From NCBI GenBank assembly GCA_963801165.1, contig CAWDDT010000009.1:527501-591500 (forward strand): a DNA stretch of 64,000 nt, in the 5' to 3' direction. A program made the position numbers and the translations under genes. This DNA is from an uncultured bacterium (GTDB lineage: Bacteria > Actinomycetota > Acidimicrobiia > Spongiisociales > UBA5794). Positions 58,378-64,000 of this stretch are shown one piece after another. Under the pieces are notes generated by a model, which was given only the letters and a program-made list of their open reading frames with translations, was not told where the DNA came from and did not search any database. How positions within the stretch are numbered: the first letter of the stretch is position 1; each line of letters begins with the position of its first letter.

Positions 58378-60660
58378 GAGCTTGCTAGTGCCCGGTAGAG
58401 GAATGCGGCCATTTGTCCTCTGGTTACGGGGTTGTTGGGACAGAACATGTCGTTGGTCGGCGGGTTACACCCTTTGGTGATCCCGGAGCCGGCCAGGGCG
58501 TCGATGTCAGCTTCGAATACCGAGGTGTCGTCGTCACTGAACACGTCGGGGGCACCGGCGGGGAGATCTAGTGCCCGGTTGAGGAACGCCGCCATCTGCC
58601 CACGGGTCACCGTCTGATCGGGGCAGAACATGTCGTTGCGTCGGCGGGTTGCACCCTTTGGTGATCCCGGATGCGGCCAACGCGTTGATGTCGGCCTGGA
58701 ACACCGACGTGTTGTCGTCGCTGAAGACGTCGTTGCCGGACGCCGGGAGGTGGAGGGCCCGGTTCAGGAAGGCGGCCATCTGTCCTCTTGTCACCGGGTC
58801 GTTGGGGCAGAACATGTCGTTGATCGGCGGGTTACAACCCTTGGTGATCCCCCCATCCGCCAACCACTCGATCTCCGAGAAAAACAGCGCACCGGGGGGA
58901 ACGTCGACAAACCGGCTGCCGACGCCGGCAACTCTCGGGCCGTACTCGGGAAGGGCGAACCCGTATTCGAAGGCCCCCATGTCGGGCCGGTCGACGATCG
59001 TGACGCCGTCGTTGAGGTTGTCGAGCGGCACGCCTGCGTTCATGGCCGAGGCGCCGGCGGCGAGCCGCAGATCGGCGACCCCCGGTTCGACGGCGACGTC
59101 CCAGTCGTCGGGGAGAGCTGCGCCGACAAGCTCGAGCAGACTGATCTCGACGCCGTGGTCCTCGACCCCCGTTGGCAGGTCTCCGATGCGGTCGTAGCGG
59201 ACGTTCTCCCACTTGAACCAGGGCCCGCCCGGGCTGTCCTCGCCGGTTGTGCCCCAGGCGTCGTAGTCGAAGTCGCGGAAGCCCTCGTCGCGCACCGTTG
59301 TGAACTCGAATGCGTAGCGGGTACCGATGAAGAGGTTGTTGCGGAGGATGGCGTTGCGCCACATCGCCCCGTTGTCGCTGTAGCCGTCGCCAACCTTGAC
59401 CCCCGTGTTGTGAACCACGATGAATCCGGTTGTGTCGTTGTGCATCTTGATCGGCGCGCTCTCCAGGTTGAAGAACTCGTTGCGGAAGATATACGCCGGG
59501 CCGCCCGCGATGGGTTGCACGCTCACCCCCATCCGGGCGTTGGTAACACGGTTCTGCCACACCCGGGCATTGGCCTGGTTGTAGTCGATCTCGATCCCGT
59601 CGTCGACGCAGAAGGCGGTGTCGTTGCCGAAGACGTCTTGACCGTACGAGTCGGACGTCGAGGGCACCACGGAGATGCAGTCACCGAAGTAGCGGACCGT
59701 GTTGTGACACACCACGTTGCCGGTTCCGTTCAGGTCGATGCCTTCCTCGCTCGGAATGACGCCGGGCTGCGGCCATGCGGTTCGGCCTGTGATGGCGTTG
59801 TCGCAAATGGTCTGACGGGCTTCGACACCGTTGTCACGCCGGTTCACGATCCCGTTGTCGACGTTCTGGATCGTGTTGCCTGTGATGAGTATGTCCTGGG
59901 TGTTCTGGGCGTCGATGCCCCATTGCCCGTTGCTGATGACGAACCCGTCGATGATGACATGCGACGTGTTCCGGTCGTATTCGCCGATCGTCACCACACC
60001 CCGATCGGTGCCCGCACCGTCGATCACGACGTTTCCCCCGGCAACAAACGATATCGGGTGGCCGTCGCTGCCCGAGGTCAGTATCTGGAACGGGCTGTAT
60101 GTGCCGGTGGCGACCGTGAACGTGTCGCCGGGTCGGGCGGCGTCGGCGGCGGTCTGCAATCCGCGGAAAGGGTCGTCACTCGTTCCCGCGCCGCCGGCAT
60201 CGCCCGGTGCGACAAAGATGTCGCGTCCCGTGGAGTCAGCCTGGGGCCAGCTGCGGGTGGTAGCGCTGACCACCTGCGTCTGGCCTCCGCCGTCGGGGTC
60301 GGTAATGGTCAACCGGAGTTCGTACGGTGTCGCCGGTGTGAGGAAGAGCGCGCTCGCCCCCCACTGGTCGAGCCCGAGCGGTGTCCCGTCAACGATGATC
60401 GACGGGTACGCCCGCATCGCCGGAGCCGCCGGGCGCCATTCCGTTGTGCCCGCTTCCCGGAACTCCAGAGTCATCGTGCTGTCGAGATCCTGGTCGCCAT
60501 CGACCGTCCACACGACGCCGACGCTCTCGAAGCTGGCGTCGACCCGCACCGTGCCCGGGCTGATCGCCTCTCCCGGAGCGGCCGCAGCCTCGTCGGAGGG
60601 CCAGCCGAGCAGCGTCACGATGAGTGCCAGGGTGGCGAACAGGGTGAGCTGGCGGGTCAT
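58374..60660 (-). CDS. Secreted right-handed beta-helix protein with three SLH repeats, frameshifted near 58639
   Basis: Signal peptide, Fn3-like N-terminus, DDPFRGLQTAADAARPGDT..GTY, Asn-rich beta-helix rungs, PDMGAFE, then the SLH module with the same extra base as the neighbouring gene. Confidence 0.78.
58386..58885. repeat. 500-bp direct repeat, copy 2 (SLH module)
   Basis: No differences seen by eye against 57027-57526. Confidence 0.92.
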
Positions 60661-60803
60661 TTCGGTCTCCGGGCCGTCGTCTCGTGCCGAGCGTAACTGG
60701 ATCCGGGCGTAAAACCCTCGGCGATGTCGGTTCAGATTTCGTATACCCGCGCCGATGGATCAGCTGGGCCGGTTTCAGCTGCGCCGGCAATAAGGGACAG
60801 ACG

Positions 60804-62525
60804 ATGGTGCGAGACATCAAATGGGAGCCGCGCAAGTGGGTATCCCGCCTGGTACGGGTGCTCATTTTTGTTGTGCCGTTGCTAATCGGTATCGCGGCTG
60901 CAACCGTCGTCGCCCGCGTCCTCCCCGCCTACGACGGATGGGCAACCGGCGTCGTGTGGTGGGGAGCGGTGTTGGGGGCCTCGTTTGTCTCGGTGCAGCT
61001 GTCTGACCGTATTGCCCGCAAGTTCCTGCCGCTGGCGGCGTTGCTCGACATGTCACTCGTGTTTCCCGGCACGGCCCCGTCTCGGGTCAAGGTGGCTCTG
61101 CGAACCTGGACCACTGCGCAGTTGCAGCGACGCATCCACGAGGCTCGTGATCGTGGGATCGACGACGACCCCACCCGCGCCGGGGAGACGGTTCTCTTGC
61201 TGGTGGCGGCCCTCAACGCACACGATCACGTGACCCGGGGGCACGCCGAGCGAACCAGAGCGTTCACCGACCTGCTCGCCGAGGAGCTCGGTATACCTGA
61301 GGAGGAGCGGGAGAAGTTGCGTTGGGTGTCGCTGCTTCATGATGTCGGCAAGCTGAAGATCGCCGAGAACATCCTCAACAAGGAGGGCAGGCTCGATGTC
61401 TTCGAGTGGGAGGCCATCAAGATGCACCCGGCGCTCGGCGACGAGCTCGTGGCACCCATCAAGGATTTCCTCGAACCATGGGCCGACACGATCCTTCACC
61501 ATCACGAGCGCTGGGACGGTACAGGCTATCCGCAGGGTCTGTCCGGAACCCAGATCAACTATGGAGCGCGCATCGTCGCCGTCGCCGACGCCTATGACGC
61601 GATGACGGCCAAGCGGTCGTATCAGCCTGCCAGGAGCCCGCGCGAGGCGCTGCGAGAGTTGAGCCACAACGCGGGTACCCAGTTCGACCCCAAGGTGGTG
61701 CGCGCCTTTCTCGATATCTCGGCGAGTCGGTTGCGTCGGCTTGCCGGGCCGCTGGCTCTGCTGGCGCAGGTTCCGTTCGTGGCCTGGCTGCAGCGGGTGG
61801 CCGAGTGGGCGGGCACGGCGACTGCGGGTACCGCGGTGGTGGTTGCGGCCGTAGTCACGGGGGTGGTTGCGCCGCCGGCGGTGGCGCCAGTCGAAGTGCC
61901 GGTGGCGTTTGCCACTACGACAACTGGGGCTCCGAATGCCACCAGCGTGTCGTCCACCACGTCCGCGCCGGGTTCCACGATCACCACGTCCCCGAGCACC
62001 ACAACTACGGCGGGCGCAACGACCACGTCCACCACGACCACTTCAGGCCCCACATTCGTCTCCACCACATCGACCACTGCACCCGCAACGACGACCACCA
62101 CGACATCGACCACCACGACATCGACCACGACGACGACATCGACCACGACGACGACACCGACCACGACGACGACACCGACCACAACCACAACGACGACACC
62201 GACGACGACCACAACGACGACCACCACCACAGGTCCCAACGCCCCTCCCATCGCAAACGACGACGCCGTGACAGGACAGGCAACGAGCACCTTCCTGGTC
62301 AAGGTGATGGAGAACGATTCGGACCCGGACGGCGACGTGTTGACTCTCCAGTCTTGCTCGGTGAGCGCTCAGGGGGCAGTCGTGGAGGTCACCGGCGACA
62401 AATGCACTTACCGCCACCCCGACGCCGCCAACTGGACCGTTCCCGACACGTTCACCTATGTCGTCAGCGACGGCCACGGGGGCTCGGCGACCGGTACCGT
62501 TACCGTTACCGGGACCTCTCGGTAG
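60804..62525 (+). CDS. HD-GYP phosphodiesterase with N-terminal TM pair, C-terminal TM, Thr-rich stalk and Ig/cadherin-like domain
   Basis: HD..TRGHAER, LLHDVGK, HHHERWDGTGYP, VADAYDAMT, GTQFDP. Then a hydrophobic segment, about 110 aa Thr-rich, and NAPPIANDD..VMENDSDPDGDVL..DTFTYVVSDGHGG. Confidence 0.88.
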   Translation: MVRDIKWEPRKWVSRLVRVLIFVVPLLIGIAAATVVARVLPAYDGWATGVVWWGAVLGASFVSVQLSDRIARKFLPLAALLDMSLVFPGTAPSRVKVALRTWTTAQLQRRIHEARDRGIDDDPTRAGETVLLLVAALNAHDHVTRGHAERTRAFTDLLAEELGIPEEEREKLRWVSLLHDVGKLKIAENILNKEGRLDVFEWEAIKMHPALGDELVAPIKDFLEPWADTILHHHERWDGTGYPQGLSGTQINYGARIVAVADAYDAMTAKRSYQPARSPREALRELSHNAGTQFDPKVVRAFLDISASRLRRLAGPLALLAQVPFVAWLQRVAEWAGTATAGTAVVVAAVVTGVVAPPAVAPVEVPVAFATTTTGAPNATSVSSTTSAPGSTITTSPSTTTTAGATTTSTTTTSGPTFVSTTSTTAPATTTTTTSTTTTSTTTTTSTTTTTPTTTTTPTTTTTTTPTTTTTTTTTTGPNAPPIANDDAVTGQATSTFLVKVMENDSDPDGDVLTLQSCSVSAQGAVVEVTGDKCTYRHPDAANWTVPDTFTYVVSDGHGGSATGTVTVTGTSR

Positions 62526-63054
62526 CTCCCAGCACGTAGGCAATGGCCGATCGTGGCAGAGCCCACTCCAGACCCTGGCCGTCTAGCACCAGAATGTGGT
62601 CTTCGGTGGAGGCATCGATGACCCCGGCGATATCGAACGATGTGTTGCGGCCCACCAGCCGCACCGGGGCCGCCTCGACCTCGAAACGCCCGAGCAGTGC
62701 GCGAAACGAGCTCACGCTGCGTGCGCCGGATGTCCCCGGGAACGCGGATCGCCGATTGCTACGCACGAAATCCACCGCGCCCAGATTGGCTCCCAACTCG
62801 ATCGTCCTGGTCCTGAGGATGGCCAGGTCGTTGACCGTGGCCACCAGTTGACCTTCGAAATGCGTCTCGCCGAACGAGATTGTGATCTCGTCCCCTCTGC
62901 TCATCCACTCGAAGCAGACGTCGGTCAGCGAGCGGCGTCTCTTCCGGAGCAGCTCGGTGTCGCGCTCTGCCGAGGCGACTTCTTCGGTGTACTCGAGACG
63001 AGCCCGCCTGGCCAGTGACTCTAGATCGGGGTGTTCAGACCACCAGGTACCCAT
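62506..63054 (-). CDS. Conserved hypothetical protein (helical N-terminus plus two Sm-like beta repeats)
   Basis: 182 aa with normal codon bias, co-oriented 6 bp downstream of the HTH gene. Confidence 0.6.
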   Translation of the reverse strand: MGTWWSEHPDLESLARRARLEYTEEVASAERDTELLRKRRRSLTDVCFEWMSRGDEITISFGETHFEGQLVATVNDLAILRTRTIELGANLGAVDFVRSNRRSAFPGTSGARSVSSFRALLGRFEVEAAPVRLVGRNTSFDIAGVIDASTEDHILVLDGQGLEWALPRSAIAYVLGATERSR

Positions 63055-63060
63055 CAGGTG

Positions 63061-63294
63061 TCAGGCGTCTGCCGTCTCTTCGTCGTGCTCGTTGATCTCT
63101 TCGTGAACCGGGAATCCCTTCAACCAGTCGAGTACCTCGTCGCGGAAGAAACGGAAGGGCCGGCCGCCGGGGATCCGGTAGCAGGGAATCGAGCCCTCCC
63201 GGGCCATACGGCGTACCACCTGGACGTTCATGCCGAGGAGGTCCGCAACCATTGCGGTATCGAGCACCGGCGGGTAGTCGGATGTCTGGGCCAT
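63061..63294 (-). CDS. Excisionase-like / BldC-like helix-turn-helix protein (HTH_17)
   Basis: VLDTAMVADLLGMNVQVVRRMAREGSIPCYRIPGGRPFRFFRDEVLDWL. Confidence 0.85.
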   Translation of the reverse strand: MAQTSDYPPVLDTAMVADLLGMNVQVVRRMAREGSIPCYRIPGGRPFRFFRDEVLDWLKGFPVHEEINEHDEETADA

Positions 63295-63380
63295 TCTGTT
63301 CCTCTCAGGGTCCTCTACCGATTGTACTCGACTATCGACGCAAGTAAAGGGTAATTAATGATACGTCAGATATATCGGGA

Positions 63381-63968
63381 TCAGCCGTTGATGCTGATCA
63401 GCTCGATCTCAAAGGTCAGAGCTTGTCCGGCAAACCGGTTGTTGGTGTCGATCGTCACCTCGGTGTCGGCGATTGCGGTAACCCGGCCGTAGACAACTCC
63501 GTCGATCAGCACCTCGTCGCCGACGGCGACATTGTCGGGGGCTTGCTCGATAGGAACCTGAAAGATCAGCTCCTGGTCAACAGGCCCATAGGCGTCCTCC
63601 GGTGGAATCCGAACCGTCTTCTTCTCGCCCACGACCATTCCGTGCACTGCATCGTCAAATCCCTTGATCACCTGGTCGGTACCAACCTCGAACTCGAGCG
63701 GGTCGCCCTCGTAAGAGGAGTCGAACACCGTGCCGTCGTCGAGAGTCCCGATGTAGTGAACGGACACGATGTCGCCGTCTTGGGCCCCCTCTCCGGTCGT
63801 CTCTTGCGATTGCGTAGTCGTAGAGGTGGAGTCCTGGGTCGCGGTCGTCGCGGTCGTCGAGCCGTCGGCAGCGCCATCCTCGCCGTTGGCGGAGTTTCCA
63901 TTACATGCGGATAGCGCGACCACGAGCACTGTGACCAGGATCGACGTTCGCCGGGTGAGTGTGAGCAT
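63381..63968 (-). CDS. FKBP-type peptidyl-prolyl isomerase (SlyD/SlpA-like) with lipoprotein signal
   Basis: Lipobox ALSAC, Thr linker, VSVHYIGTLDDGTVFDSS, VIKGFD, PPEDAYG, IDTNNRFAGQALTFEIEL. Confidence 0.88.
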   Translation of the reverse strand: MLTLTRRTSILVTVLVVALSACNGNSANGEDGAADGSTTATTATQDSTSTTTQSQETTGEGAQDGDIVSVHYIGTLDDGTVFDSSYEGDPLEFEVGTDQVIKGFDDAVHGMVVGEKKTVRIPPEDAYGPVDQELIFQVPIEQAPDNVAVGDEVLIDGVVYGRVTAIADTEVTIDTNNRFAGQALTFEIELISING

Positions 63969-64000
63969 GTCGAGGTGCATGTTACGTGACCCGGGGCCTA

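Noticed and set aside
62020-62232. ACC/ACG-rich periodic sequence (also 32190-32345 and 42070-42200) as a CRISPR array or VNTR system
   Set aside because: It simply encodes in-frame Thr-rich linkers and has no repeat-spacer structure.

Overview
This is a high-GC, gene-dense chromosomal window from an actinobacterium, most likely class Acidimicrobiia. That assignment is inferred from the Cys-containing SLH repeats, the PAC2 chaperone, the F420-type LLM enzyme, the class F sortase and the many leaderless genes. I saw no rRNA, tRNA, CRISPR array, integrase or transposase. Most of the window is ordinary: a UvrD-HRDC helicase, PFK, proC/PRODH, PspA, a FadF-like Fe-S protein, a maltose ABC locus with three GH13 genes, two-component proteins and an FKBP. 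The standout is a compact divergent type VII secretion module at 16.45-25.12 kb. One arm is WXG100, WXG100, Ubl/FHA-EccC and a WXG-like lipase. The other arm, behind a back-to-back promoter, is a LysM membrane protein, a TcpC/VirB8-like conjugation-scaffold protein and an EspG-like chaperone. No EccB, EccD or MycP and no conjugative ATPase or relaxase is nearby. Other items worth checking are an RHH-CheW fusion, an HD-GYP protein fused to an extracellular Thr stalk and Ig-like domain, a divergent SAM halogenase-superfamily gene beside an antiporter, a Bacteroides-type Fkp, two SLH genes sharing an identical 500 bp that includes the same frameshift, sigma28-like promoters on three signalling genes, and a DUF4265 gene bracketed by a duplicated gene start. 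All family calls come from motif recognition by eye, not from database searches.
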